Source: Eubacteriales bacterium (GTDB lineage: Bacteria; Bacillota; Clostridia; Oscillospirales; QAKW01). Taken from it: a stretch of DNA of 60,517 nucleotides. The DNA is taken from NCBI GenBank assembly GCA_045576575.1, contig JAZNGR010000130.1, positions 1-60,517 of the forward strand, written 5' to 3'. Below the pieces are notes generated by a model. The model ran no database searches. It was not told the origin of the DNA and was given only the letters and a program-made list of their open reading frames with translations. This document shows, one piece after another, positions 27,193 to 37,145 of the stretch. The stretch's first letter is position 1. Every line of letters starts with the position of its first letter. The position numbers and the translations under genes are program-made.

Positions 27193-29886
27193 ATGAAAGC
27201 GTATTTAACGGATGCGCAGCAGGTTTTAGAGTCGGTTCATTCATCTGCTGAAGGTTTATCGGTCAATGAAGCGAAAGACCGGCTGGAGAAAAACGGACCC
27301 AACAAATTAGCAGAAGGAAAGAAAGAGTCGATGATTCATCGGTTTCTTAAGCAACTTGCCGAACCCATGACGATTATTTTGATCGTTGCGGCTTTGATTT
27401 CCGGGGTAATGGCAATTTGGGAAAAGGAGTTTCCTTCTGATGTAATCATCATTATGGCAGTGGTTTTAATCAATGCCATTCTTGGTGTTTTACAAGAGAG
27501 TAAAGCGGAAAAAGCAATTGAGGCTTTACAGGAGATTGCTGCAGCAACCTCTAAAGTTATTCGTGATGGCCATCAGGTCACGGTTCGCAGTGAAGAATTG
27601 GTTGTTGGCGATGTTATTGTTCTGGAGGCAGGTGATGCTGTTCCCGCCGATGCACGTATCATTGAATGTGCAAGCATGAAGATTGAAGAGGCTGCATTGA
27701 CCGGTGAATCGGTTCCTGTTACCAAAGAACAGAATGCATTGGAACCCAATGCAAACGGTGATGTAGCTTTAGGTGACCGTAAAAACATGGTTTTCATGGG
27801 TAGTACCGTTGTATATGGACGTGGTAAGGCGGTCGTTGTGGCAACCGGCATGGATACCGAAATGGGTAAGATCGCCGATGCTCTTTCTCAGGCAGAAGAA
27901 GGAAAGACTCCGCTGCAGCAGAAACTTGCAGGTTTGAGTAAGATCCTGACCTATTTGGTTATTGGCATCTGTGTTGTAATTTTTGCAATTAATTTGATTC
28001 GTGCAGGTTTAGACGGCGCTTTTAGCGGAGAAATTTTGCTTGATACTTTCATGGTCGCCATCTCTCTTGCAGTTGCAGCAATCCCCGAGGGCTTGGCAAC
28101 GGTGGTTACCATTGTGCTTTCCATCGGTGTTACGAATATGTCTAAAAGAAACGCGATTATTCGTAAGTTGACCGCGGTGGAGACATTGGGTTGTACGCAG
28201 ATCATTTGTTCCGATAAGACCGGCACTTTGACTCAGAATAAGATGACCGTTGTGGATCATTATGGCGAGGATGAGACCTTGCTGGCGACTGCAATGTCCC
28301 TTTGTTCCGATGCAGAGTTGGATAATGAGTCCAACGAAGCCGTGGGTGAGCCCACCGAGTGTGCGTTGGTCAATTATGCCTATAAACTTGGCTTGGACAA
28401 GAATGTTCAGAAAACGGAACTGGTTCGTATTGGTGAAGTGCCTTTTGATTCCGGACGGAAGATGATGTCTACCATTCATAAGGATGCCAATGGTGCCTTG
28501 ATTCAGTTTACCAAAGGTGCTCCCGATGAAGTGTTGAAGAGATGTTCCAAGGCGCTGGTAAACGGTGCTGAGGTAGAAATGACCGATGCTATTCGTGAGG
28601 AGATCCTTGCCGCCAATAAGGCGATGGCCGATCAGGCGCTTCGTGTATTGTCTGTTGCAAAGAAGGCTTTGGATGCAGAGCCTGCTGTTTATGATTCTGA
28701 AACTGTTGAGTGTGATCTTTGCTTTGTTGGTCTGGTTGGTATGATCGACCCTGTACGTCCCGAAGTAAAGCCTGCTATCGACGAGTGCCGTACCGCCGGT
28801 ATTCGAGCCATCATGATCACCGGCGACCACAAGGATACTGCTGTTGCAATCGCAATGCAGTTGGGTATTATCCATTCTGCGGATGAGGCAATTACCGGAG
28901 CAGAATTGGACAAGATTTCCGATGAAGAATTCGAAACGGAAGTGGAAAAGTATTCTGTTTATGCCCGTGTTCAGCCTGAGCATAAGACCCGCATTGTAAA
29001 TGCATGGCGTAAAAAAGGTATGGTTACTGCAATGACCGGTGACGGTGTAAACGATGCACCCTCCATTAAGAATGCTGATATCGGTGTGGGCATGGGTATC
29101 ACCGGTACCGATGTAACGAAGAATGTTGCCGATATGATTTTGGCAGATGATAATTTTGCTACCATCGTATCCGCTGCTGCAGAGGGCAGAAGAATTTATG
29201 ATAACATTCGTAAAGCGATTCAATTCCTGCTGGCATCGAACCTCTCTGAGGTATTGACCATCTTCTTTGCTACCCTTGGCGGCGCAATCTTTGCACCTGC
29301 TATCTTCCAGCCGGTTCACCTGCTTTGGATCAACTTGATTACCGACTGTTTTCCTGCTCTTGCACTGGGTATGGAAAAACCCGAGGCAGATGTGATGAAG
29401 CGCGCTCCTCGCGATTCCAAAGAAGGAATCTTTGCCGGCGGTCTTGGTTTTGCGGTTGCGTACCAAGGCGTATTGGTAACCATTATTACTTTGGCGTCCT
29501 ATTTGATCGGTCGTTATTGGTTGGCTACCGCTCACCATGCTGATGCCATTGCACAGGGTATTTATAATGCGGCAGATCTTGGTACCAGCATGGCATTTTT
29601 GACTTTGTCTATGGCGGAGATTTTCCATTCTTTCAACATGCGTTCTCTCCATGGTTCAATTTTCGCCATGAAGCATCAGAACAAGTGGTTGTGGGGCGCA
29701 GGAATCCTTTCTTTCTTGCTGACTACTTTGGTTATTGAGGTGGATTTCTTGGCAAATGCCTTTAATCTTGCACATCTGGATTTGATGGAATATGGTATTG
29801 CATTGGCGCTTGCTGTTTGCATCATTCCCATTGTTGAATTCATTAAGATCTTCTCCCGCATGCACGATAAAAAACGCGGCAGATAA
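27193..29886 (+). CDS. P-type (type II, Ca2+/Mn2+-type) cation-transporting ATPase
   Basis: 897 aa. LTGESVPV, phosphorylation site CSDKTGTLTQN, MITGDHKDTA, MTGDGVNDAPSIKNADIGVGMG, and about 10 TM segments. Confidence 0.95.
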   Translation: MKAYLTDAQQVLESVHSSAEGLSVNEAKDRLEKNGPNKLAEGKKESMIHRFLKQLAEPMTIILIVAALISGVMAIWEKEFPSDVIIIMAVVLINAILGVLQESKAEKAIEALQEIAAATSKVIRDGHQVTVRSEELVVGDVIVLEAGDAVPADARIIECASMKIEEAALTGESVPVTKEQNALEPNANGDVALGDRKNMVFMGSTVVYGRGKAVVVATGMDTEMGKIADALSQAEEGKTPLQQKLAGLSKILTYLVIGICVVIFAINLIRAGLDGAFSGEILLDTFMVAISLAVAAIPEGLATVVTIVLSIGVTNMSKRNAIIRKLTAVETLGCTQIICSDKTGTLTQNKMTVVDHYGEDETLLATAMSLCSDAELDNESNEAVGEPTECALVNYAYKLGLDKNVQKTELVRIGEVPFDSGRKMMSTIHKDANGALIQFTKGAPDEVLKRCSKALVNGAEVEMTDAIREEILAANKAMADQALRVLSVAKKALDAEPAVYDSETVECDLCFVGLVGMIDPVRPEVKPAIDECRTAGIRAIMITGDHKDTAVAIAMQLGIIHSADEAITGAELDKISDEEFETEVEKYSVYARVQPEHKTRIVNAWRKKGMVTAMTGDGVNDAPSIKNADIGVGMGITGTDVTKNVADMILADDNFATIVSAAAEGRRIYDNIRKAIQFLLASNLSEVLTIFFATLGGAIFAPAIFQPVHLLWINLITDCFPALALGMEKPEADVMKRAPRDSKEGIFAGGLGFAVAYQGVLVTIITLASYLIGRYWLATAHHADAIAQGIYNAADLGTSMAFLTLSMAEIFHSFNMRSLHGSIFAMKHQNKWLWGAGILSFLLTTLVIEVDFLANAFNLAHLDLMEYGIALALAVCIIPIVEFIKIFSRMHDKKRGR

Positions 29887-29897
29887 TTCATCATAAA

Positions 29898-29930
29898 GAA
29901 ATAACCTCCTGCTTTGGCAGGAGGTTATTT
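29898..29930. terminator. Bidirectional terminator between the convergent ATPase and HAD genes
   Basis: AAATAACCTCCTGC / GCAGGAGGTTATTT perfect 14-bp hairpin with a 4-nt loop and flanking A/T runs. Confidence 0.8.
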
Positions 29931-30563
29931 TTATATATCAAGTAATTCCAAGGGGGTCGAAACAATGAAATCAGCGGGGGAGAGTTCTTCTTTATTTCCG
30001 TATCCATAAAGAACCCCAACCGCTGAAAGACCACAGTGGTGGGCGCCTTCCACATCATAAATGCGGTCACCAATCATTAGTGTTTTAGAGGGATCTAATT
30101 GATTTCTATCCAAAACATAATGAATCACATCTTCTTTTTTGGTGCGGGTTTCTTCCAAGGTGCTTCCGCCGATGAAGGTGAAATATTTACTGAGATCAAA
30201 ATGATTCAAAATTTGCTTAGCGAAATGCTCCGGCTTGCTGGTGGCGACAAAAAGACGGATTCCGCGGTCTTGGAGCGCCTTCAACACAGACGGGATATTC
30301 TCATAAACAACATTTTCATATAACCCTTTGGTAGAGAAATATTCGCGATAAATATCGACCATTACGCGCGCATCTTCGGTTGAAATACCGCAATAATCAC
30401 GAAAGGAATCAACCAGCGGGGGACCAATAAACGGGAACAGATCTTCACGCGGTGGGGTGGGATACCCCTTTTTTTCTAATGCATAGAGTATGGAGTTGGT
30501 AATGCCGAGGGCTGGATCGGTGAGAGTTCCGTCCAGATCAAATAAATAGTTCTCAAATTTCAT
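29931..30563 (-). CDS. HAD-IA family hydrolase (phosphoglycolate phosphatase-like)
   Basis: 210 aa. Motif I FDLDGTLTD, motif II VATSK, motif IV MIGDRIYDVEGA. Confidence 0.88.
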   Translation of the reverse strand: MKFENYLFDLDGTLTDPALGITNSILYALEKKGYPTPPREDLFPFIGPPLVDSFRDYCGISTEDARVMVDIYREYFSTKGLYENVVYENIPSVLKALQDRGIRLFVATSKPEHFAKQILNHFDLSKYFTFIGGSTLEETRTKKEDVIHYVLDRNQLDPSKTLMIGDRIYDVEGAHHCGLSAVGVLYGYGNKEELSPADFIVSTPLELLDI

Positions 30564-30672
30564 ATTAAAGACTCCTTTTCAATCATTCTAACCGAATTGA
30601 ATGAAATTTGCAAGTTGCGTGTCTGTAATATTTCTTTCTTTTCTGCCGATAATGATGATGGAAGGTGTATAC

Positions 30673-32106
30673 ATGAAATTTAAGGACGATTTTTCAACGA
30701 ATATAAAACTGTTTCAACGTGCATTTGAACGAGATGGCACATTTAAAGTGAAACCGATCCAAAATCCAAACTTTCCGGATGTTCCTATTGTGGCGTTGCT
30801 TTCCGGTGCGATGGTTAGCAATGATGTTGTGGATCGAGATGTAATTCGCCCGTTAACAACGCAATCATACGAACCAACACCGGAAGGGGCTCTTGCCGGT
30901 GGCATTGGCAACCATACGGTTGAAATTACCGATGATCCGATGAAAGCAATGGTTCAAATTGGCTCCGGGGACTGCGTGATTCTAATCGGAGATGCTCCGC
31001 GGTGTATTATTATTGATGCTAAAGGAATCCCCACTCGTAGTACCAAAGTGCCTGAAACGGAGATTTCGCTTCTTGGGCCGGAGGATGGTTTTACAGAAAA
31101 TATCATGGCAAACTTGGCATTGCTGAAGAAACGTATTGCAACACCTAAGTTGAAATGTGAATTCACTGTAGTTAGCGGAAGGTGTAATAATAAAGCGGCG
31201 ATCTGTTATTTGGATGGAGTGGTTCGTCCCGAAATGGTTGCGCGCCTGAAGGAAAGGTTGGAGCAGATTGATATTGATTTTGTCCCGGATGGAAATGTTT
31301 TGGCGGAATTGATTCGCGATCATCCCCGGGCAATCTTCAAAACGGTTGGAAAAACCTCGCGTCCGGATGTGTTGGCAGCAAAGCTGCTGGAAGGGCGTGT
31401 AGGCGTGATTTTGGACGGCTCCCCGGTGGTTATTACTTTGCCATATATTTTTGCCGAAGGATTTCAAAGTCCGGACGATTACTATCAGAATTATCTATAC
31501 GCCAATATCGGACGTGTTTTACGTTTTGTTGGCTTTGTTACCGCGGTTTTCTTTCCGGGTTTTTACTTGGCGGTGGTGAACTTCAATCCCGGTGTGCTGC
31601 CTGCTCATTGGTTTTATACGGTGATGGCATCTTCTGAAGGGGTTCCCATCAAAACGGTAACGGAAATGTTGCTGTTGTTTTTTGCTTTTGAAATATTGCG
31701 AGAGACCGGAACTCGGATGCCGGCAGGGTTGGGTTTGGCGCTCAATGTTGTGGGGGCTGTGATTCTGGGTGATGCGGCGGTTTCCAGCAACATTGTTTCA
31801 ACACCGATGGTCATAATTGTTGCATTTTCAGGGGTTACGGGTCTAATGGTAAAAGATTTAAAGGGACCGGTTTTTTATCTGAGGTTGGTTGCGATTTTGC
31901 TTGGCGCAGTTTTTGGTTTGCCGGGTATTACTGCGGCGGCTGTTTGGACCTTACTTCATTTGGCAAAAATGGAGTCGTTGGGTGTTCCGTTTCTTTATAC
32001 TTTAGATCGCAGAGAGGGCAGACAAGATACCCTTGTTCGAGTTCCCTATTGGCAGATGATTCGTCGACAAGGTCAATTTAGCGAGAATGAAAGGAGACAA
32101 CGATGA
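30673..32106 (+). CDS. GerA-family spore germination protein, A subunit
   Basis: Soluble N-terminal region plus a C-terminal membrane domain. GerA-family-like stretches LLEGRVGVILDGSPVVITLPYIF and SPDDYYQNY. Start taken at the ATG at 30673 (GGAAGGTG RBS) instead of 30601. Confidence 0.85.
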   Translation: MKFKDDFSTNIKLFQRAFERDGTFKVKPIQNPNFPDVPIVALLSGAMVSNDVVDRDVIRPLTTQSYEPTPEGALAGGIGNHTVEITDDPMKAMVQIGSGDCVILIGDAPRCIIIDAKGIPTRSTKVPETEISLLGPEDGFTENIMANLALLKKRIATPKLKCEFTVVSGRCNNKAAICYLDGVVRPEMVARLKERLEQIDIDFVPDGNVLAELIRDHPRAIFKTVGKTSRPDVLAAKLLEGRVGVILDGSPVVITLPYIFAEGFQSPDDYYQNYLYANIGRVLRFVGFVTAVFFPGFYLAVVNFNPGVLPAHWFYTVMASSEGVPIKTVTEMLLLFFAFEILRETGTRMPAGLGLALNVVGAVILGDAAVSSNIVSTPMVIIVAFSGVTGLMVKDLKGPVFYLRLVAILLGAVFGLPGITAAAVWTLLHLAKMESLGVPFLYTLDRREGRQDTLVRVPYWQMIRRQGQFSENERRQR

Positions 32107-32669
32107 TCATACGGATCTACCGTATTCTAACGGCTGTTTTCTTAATCCTTGCGGTGATAGGATCGTTTTCTATCCCGCGGCGTGATCTTAAGAAAACCGG
32201 TCAGGTGGCAGGTATCGCACTGGATAAAGAAAATGGTCAACTTCGAGCAACATTTGAACTCTTTGTTCCCGCGGTAGATGATGTGATCGGGGCAAAGAGG
32301 AAAACAATAGTTGGTTATGGAAATACTTTAGAAGAATGTATTCTCAATGTTCAAACAAGAGGTGGTGATGCGCTTTTTGTCAGTGACGCGGCTGCGTTGT
32401 TGATTGACGGTCGGTCTGATTCGTCAATATTACCGATGGTTTTTGATTATTTTTGTTTGCTGAAGCATAATCACATGGATCTTCCGGTCTTTTTTACTTT
32501 TGGACAGTCGGCTGGGGAGATTTTTGAGGGGGAGGGAACGGTTCTATCCACTGCCATGGTGGAAAGCGCCAAAACCATGAAAAAGGTCCAAACAGTAAAG
32601 AATCTAATGAATAACGTTGGCGAACGGGTCCTGGTTTGTGGAAGGGGCAGTTATGAAATTATTTCGTAG
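32103..32669 (+). CDS. Short Ger(x)C-like protein (N-terminal-domain-only, membrane-anchored, no lipobox Cys)
   Basis: 188 aa. One N-terminal TM, then RRDLKKTGQVAGIALDKENGQLRATFELFVP, which resembles the WDRRELxxLAIVxGIGID start of GerxC proteins. About half the usual GerxC length. ATGA overlap with the A subunit. Confidence 0.5.
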   Translation: MIIRIYRILTAVFLILAVIGSFSIPRRDLKKTGQVAGIALDKENGQLRATFELFVPAVDDVIGAKRKTIVGYGNTLEECILNVQTRGGDALFVSDAAALLIDGRSDSSILPMVFDYFCLLKHNHMDLPVFFTFGQSAGEIFEGEGTVLSTAMVESAKTMKKVQTVKNLMNNVGERVLVCGRGSYEIIS

Positions 32670-33384
32670 TTCATTATTGATGCTAAGTGAAACAGCGGCA
32701 TTTGGTTGGTTTATATTAAAGGACCTTTCATTTTTGGCTGTTTTGCCATTGATTCCGTTGGGAGTTTTGTATTGCTACCTTAGCAAAGTGCAAAGATATA
32801 AAATTCTTTGGTTGAATGGAATTTGTGCATTATTTTCGATTTTTATAACCTCTTATGTTGCTTCACAAGGGCTTTTTGAAGGAAAAGGACTGGTTGCACT
32901 CCTATGTTTGTCATTGTCTGTTGGTATGATGGGTGTTCAGGCGTGTGGTGGTGAATTGGAACGGATCTCCGGATGGTGGATGAGCGTATTTCTGATTATT
33001 TTTGTTGTGATGTCATTCGCAACGTTATCGGGCGCAAGATGGCGGTATGAACTTCCGTCAATTGGAAATTGGTTTGATATTCTGTTTTTTTATGTTCTTG
33101 CCTTTTCGGAACCTCTAAGTTTGGGGAAAGATTATCGTGCGGCGCCACTTGCACTGGGGATCTTGATGATTCCATTTGGAGTGGTTTCGTATCTTGCGTT
33201 AGGGCCCGGTGCTTTTTCTATGGCAGAGTATCCGTATCTTGCGGTATGGTCGGGTGTATCCATTTCTTCTTTTCACCATTTGGAAGGGATTATTCTCGGT
33301 TTATATTATGGAGCCGGGATGTTTCGCGCGGCGCATTTTTTGGGACATTTTCAAGATCGAATGACAAAAAAGGTGACAGTTTAA
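32653..33384 (+). CDS. Polytopic membrane protein, possibly a short Ger(x)B-like subunit
   Basis: 243 aa, about 7 hydrophobic segments, GGAAGGGG RBS before the ATG at 32653. Assigned to the GerxB role by operon position only. Confidence 0.45.
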   Translation: MKLFRSSLLMLSETAAFGWFILKDLSFLAVLPLIPLGVLYCYLSKVQRYKILWLNGICALFSIFITSYVASQGLFEGKGLVALLCLSLSVGMMGVQACGGELERISGWWMSVFLIIFVVMSFATLSGARWRYELPSIGNWFDILFFYVLAFSEPLSLGKDYRAAPLALGILMIPFGVVSYLALGPGAFSMAEYPYLAVWSGVSISSFHHLEGIILGLYYGAGMFRAAHFLGHFQDRMTKKVTV

Positions 33385-33395
33385 TGTCACCTTTT
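33366..33395 (+). terminator. Terminator of the ger locus
   Basis: AAAAAGGTGACA / TGTCACCTTTT hairpin overlapping the stop codon. Confidence 0.7.
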
Positions 33396-33421
33396 GTTCA
33401 TTTTCTGTTCAATAAAAATAC

Positions 33422-33450
33422 TTGATTATTATCTATTTATTTAGTATAAT
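33422..33450 (+). promoter_or_regulatory. Sigma-A-type promoter candidate for lon
   Basis: TTGATT, 17-nt spacer, TATAAT, about 30 nt upstream of the lon ATG. Confidence 0.5.
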
Positions 33451-33482
33451 TAAACAGTATATAATTTAATTTAGGAGTAAAC

Positions 33483-35897
33483 ATGGCAGAAATCAGTATT
33501 CTTGAAAATAATCATACATTACAGCAGCATCCGCTGATTCCTTCTCGCGGGATTGTTGTGCTTCCGGGAACAACCATCACATTGGATGTGATTCGCGATT
33601 TTTCCGTTTGTGCTGTTGAAGCAGCCGCAAAACATGATGGATTGATCATTGTGGCATCTCAGCGAGATTTCAGCATTGAGGAGCCAACCACCAAAGATTT
33701 ATGTGATATTGCCACTTTGGCAAAGATCAAGCAGGTGGCAAAGCTGCCCGACGGTGCTGTTCGGGTAATGGTGCGAGGACTTTCTCGCTGCGATCTTTTA
33801 AAGGCAGAGAAAAAACAAAAAATGTTTTTGGGAATTGTTTTTCCTATCACAGAAATTGAAGCATCTGCAGAATCAACAGAGCGAGAAGCTTTGCTTCGTT
33901 CTTTAAAAGAAACTTTTGGTAATTATGTTGCTTTACTTCCTAAAATTGGGGAAGAACGCGTTCCGGAGATTTTTACCGAAACCGACCTTGGGCGCTGCGC
34001 CGATGAAATTACTGCGCAAAGCTTGCTCTCTCCTGAGCATAAGCAGGAAGTTTTGGAAACATTGGATCCGGTGAAACGGTGTGAAGTGTTGCTGGAGATC
34101 TTGATTCGCGAGATCGAAGTGCTGAAAATGGAGCAGGAGATCCATGCTCGGGTAAGAGAATCTATTGAGGCCAATCAACGTGATTATTATCTCCATGAGC
34201 AGATGCGCGTGATTCAAGATGAACTTGGCGAGAATGATAACGGCGATGATATCGGTGCTTATTATGATCGTGTGGATGCCTTAAATGCTTCTGATGAGAT
34301 TAAGGAAAAACTCACCAAAGAGGTGGATCGCATGGCGAAGATGCCGCCCCTTTCTCATGAGGGTGCGGTGATCCGCAATTACTTGGATATTGTTTTGGAA
34401 GTTCCTTTCGGCGTTTATACCGAAGAGAATATGGATATTAAAACCGCCCGTGCCATTTTGGAAAAAGATCACTATGGTTTAGACGAAGTAAAAACACGCG
34501 TACTGGAGTTTCTGGCGGTTCGCTCTTTGAATGCAGTGGGCGGTCAGATCTTATGTTTGGTGGGTCCGCCCGGAGTGGGAAAGACTTCTATTGCGCGCAG
34601 CATTGCGGAGGCAACAAATCGTAAATTGGCGCGAGTCAGCCTGGGTGGTGTTCATGATGAGGCGGAGATTCGCGGACATCGCAAGACCTATATTGGAGCG
34701 ATGCCCGGACGGATTGCCGATGCGGTCATTAAGTCGGGGAGCAGCAATCCGCTGATTCTTTTGGATGAAGTGGATAAAATGTGCTCTGATCTGCGCGGAG
34801 ATCCTGCTTCTGCACTTTTAGAGGTGCTGGACAGCGAGCAGAACTGCAATTATGTGGATCATTATATTGAGGTTCCGATGGATCTTTCGCAGGCCTTCTT
34901 TATCATGACTGCCAATTCTTTGAATACCATTCCGCGCCCATTGCTGGATCGTATGGAAGTGATTGAACTTTCATCTTACCTTGATGAAGAAAAATACCAT
35001 ATTGCGAAGCAATACTTAGTGCCTAAGCAGCGCAAAATGCATGGTTTAAAGAGTGCGCAGATTAAGATCAGCGATGCTGCAATCCATGCCTTGATCGAGG
35101 GCTATACCCGTGAGTCCGGGGTGCGTGAATTGGAGCGGTGCGTTGGTAAGATCATGCGAAAGACTGCGCTCGAGATCGTAGAAAACGGAAAGAAGAGTCT
35201 TACCGTAGGTGCATCGCATCTGGAATCCTTGCTTGGACCGAAAAAGTATAAAGATGAACCGTTATATGATCCCCATTGCTTTGGCATTGTAAACGGTCTT
35301 GCCTGGACCTCGGTGGGTGGCGAGATGCTAACCGTTGAGGTATCGGTTTTGGAAGGAAGCGGAAAACTGGAATTGACCGGAAGTTTAGGTGATGTGATGA
35401 AAGAAAGCGCCCGAACGGCAGTTTCTTATCTGCGAAGCGTTGCGGATCGAATGAATGTCAGTTATGATTTCTATAAGACCAAGGATCTGCACATTCATTT
35501 TCCGGAAGGCGCTATTCCCAAGGATGGTCCCAGCGCCGGTATTACGGTTGTGACGGCAGTATGCTCTGCTTTGACTGGGATTCCTGCAGATAATCGGGTT
35601 GCCATGACCGGAGAAATTACCTTGACCGGTCGGGTATTGCCGATTGGCGGTTTGAGAGAAAAAACGATGGCGGCCTATAAGAACGGGATTAAAACCGTTT
35701 ATATTCCAAAAGATAATCTGCCGGATCTGGAAAAGATAGATCCGACAGTTCGCAAGGCAATTACCTTTATGCCGGTTTCTCATGCGGATGAAGTTTTAAA
35801 GGGCGTACTCGGCATTAATGAAAAACGGCGTAAAACATTTGTTTGCCCCCCGCAAAAGGCGGGCAAAAAAGAAATGGGGAAGGAAGCATGGGTTTAA
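33483..35897 (+). CDS. lon: ATP-dependent Lon protease (LonA)
   Basis: 804 aa. LON N-terminal domain, Walker [10 protein letters not shown], and the catalytic serine context [10 protein letters not shown]. Confidence 0.96.
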   Translation: MAEISILENNHTLQQHPLIPSRGIVVLPGTTITLDVIRDFSVCAVEAAAKHDGLIIVASQRDFSIEEPTTKDLCDIATLAKIKQVAKLPDGAVRVMVRGLSRCDLLKAEKKQKMFLGIVFPITEIEASAESTEREALLRSLKETFGNYVALLPKIGEERVPEIFTETDLGRCADEITAQSLLSPEHKQEVLETLDPVKRCEVLLEILIREIEVLKMEQEIHARVRESIEANQRDYYLHEQMRVIQDELGENDNGDDIGAYYDRVDALNASDEIKEKLTKEVDRMAKMPPLSHEGAVIRNYLDIVLEVPFGVYTEENMDIKTARAILEKDHYGLDEVKTRVLEFLAVRSLNAVGGQILCLVGPPGVGKTSIARSIAEATNRKLARVSLGGVHDEAEIRGHRKTYIGAMPGRIADAVIKSGSSNPLILLDEVDKMCSDLRGDPASALLEVLDSEQNCNYVDHYIEVPMDLSQAFFIMTANSLNTIPRPLLDRMEVIELSSYLDEEKYHIAKQYLVPKQRKMHGLKSAQIKISDAAIHALIEGYTRESGVRELERCVGKIMRKTALEIVENGKKSLTVGASHLESLLGPKKYKDEPLYDPHCFGIVNGLAWTSVGGEMLTVEVSVLEGSGKLELTGSLGDVMKESARTAVSYLRSVADRMNVSYDFYKTKDLHIHFPEGAIPKDGPSAGITVVTAVCSALTGIPADNRVAMTGEITLTGRVLPIGGLREKTMAAYKNGIKTVYIPKDNLPDLEKIDPTVRKAITFMPVSHADEVLKGVLGINEKRRKTFVCPPQKAGKKEMGKEAWV

Positions 35898-36490
35898 ATC
35901 TTCAACAGGTTCAACTGCGCATCTCTGCGGTTCGTCCCTCACAATTTCAGACCGGTTTGCCGGAAGTGCTGTTTTGCGGACGATCCAATGTGGGAAAAAG
36001 TTCCATGATCAACTGTCTTTTGGGCAGGAAATCCATGGCGCGCACCTCCGAAAAGCCCGGGAAAACAGCAACCATCAACTATTATGAAATAGATCGAAAA
36101 CTATTTTTGGTGGATCTACCCGGTTATGGGTATGCGCGCGTTTCTCAAAAAGAAAAGGAAAAGTGGGCGCATTTTATGGAGGCCTATTTCGCTTTTGCCG
36201 GCGATAAGAAGTTGGCGGTTTCTTTGGTGGATCTTCGCCATAAGCCTACTGCAGATGATTTGGATATGGCGGCATTTTTGGAAGAGGCAGGGATTCCTTA
36301 TTGGATTGTTGCAACAAAGGCGGACAAACTTTCCAAAACGGCGGTTACCGAAAATTTGGCGGCATTAAAAGAACTCTATGCTGATTTAAATCCGGAGCGT
36401 ATTGTCGCTTTTTCGTCTAAGACACGTTTGGGGCGCGAAGAATTGGTGGCAATGCTTTCGAGTATTGCCGAAGGGGCGCAAAATGAATAA
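35888..36490 (+). CDS. engB: Ribosome biogenesis GTPase EngB/YsxC/YihA
   Basis: G1 GRSNVGKSS, G3 DLPGYGY, G4 TKADK. Start taken at the ATG at 35888 (GGGGAAGGAAG RBS), overlapping the lon stop by 10 nt. lon-ysxC synteny is known from Bacillus. Confidence 0.92.
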   Translation: MGLNLQQVQLRISAVRPSQFQTGLPEVLFCGRSNVGKSSMINCLLGRKSMARTSEKPGKTATINYYEIDRKLFLVDLPGYGYARVSQKEKEKWAHFMEAYFAFAGDKKLAVSLVDLRHKPTADDLDMAAFLEEAGIPYWIVATKADKLSKTAVTENLAALKELYADLNPERIVAFSSKTRLGREELVAMLSSIAEGAQNE

Positions 36491-37136
36491 TCTTTTGTCG
36501 TATATTTCTGATTATATTTATCTGATCCCGGCGGTTGCTATTTCCTTGACTGTGCATGAGTTTTCTCATGCGTGGATGGCAACTCGTTTGGGAGATCCTA
36601 CCCCTAATGAGGATGGGCGGCTTTCTTTGAATCCTTTGCATCATATTGATGTTTTTGGATTTATTGTGATGCTGATCGTTCATTTCGGTTGGGCAAAACC
36701 GGTTCGGGTAAATCCGATGTATTTTGAGAATCCGCGTAAGGGGATGCTGTATACGGCAATTGCCGGTCCTATCTCTAACCTTTGTTTGTGTGTAATCTCT
36801 TCGCTGTTGCTGTATCTGTCCTTTGCATTTGGACTCCCCAATTTCTTGGTAATGTTCCTGATGTATATGGTGTTGCTGAATGTTGGTTTGGCGGTTTTTA
36901 ATTTGATTCCTGTCCATCCGTTTGATGGTTCCAGAGTCGTTAGTTATTTTTCGCCCAATTATGCATCTTTCATGGCACGAAATGCGCAAACCGTGCAGTT
37001 GATTTTTATGGCAGTGTTGATTCTGCCGGAGTTTTTGCCAATTCCCGATATTGTGGGCACCATAATCGGTGCAGTTCAAAGCGGCATATTAAACCTACTG
37101 TTGCGCTTGTGGTCAATGGTATTCTGGTTTTTATAA
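36483..37136 (+). CDS. M50/site-2-protease-family membrane metalloprotease
   Basis: HEFSHA zinc motif and NLIPVHPFDGSRV second motif, polytopic. Start taken at the ATG at 36483 (ATGA-type overlap with engB). Confidence 0.85.
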   Translation: MNNLLSYISDYIYLIPAVAISLTVHEFSHAWMATRLGDPTPNEDGRLSLNPLHHIDVFGFIVMLIVHFGWAKPVRVNPMYFENPRKGMLYTAIAGPISNLCLCVISSLLLYLSFAFGLPNFLVMFLMYMVLLNVGLAVFNLIPVHPFDGSRVVSYFSPNYASFMARNAQTVQLIFMAVLILPEFLPIPDIVGTIIGAVQSGILNLLLRLWSMVFWFL

Positions 37137-37145
37137 GGAGTTAAA

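Noticed and set aside
28009-29652. A 547-aa open reading frame on the minus strand, antisense to the P-type ATPase.
   Set aside because: It lies entirely inside a confidently identified, motif-rich + strand CDS. It has no RBS and no recognisable domains, and its composition is odd and low in complexity (rich in Cys, His, Asn and Gly). A stop-free antisense frame can arise from the codon bias of the sense gene.
30564-30672. A forespore (sigma-G/sigma-F) promoter upstream of the ger locus.
   Set aside because: I could only find loose matches (GAATG ... CTGTAATA) with uncertain spacing. They are not strong enough to report as a feature.
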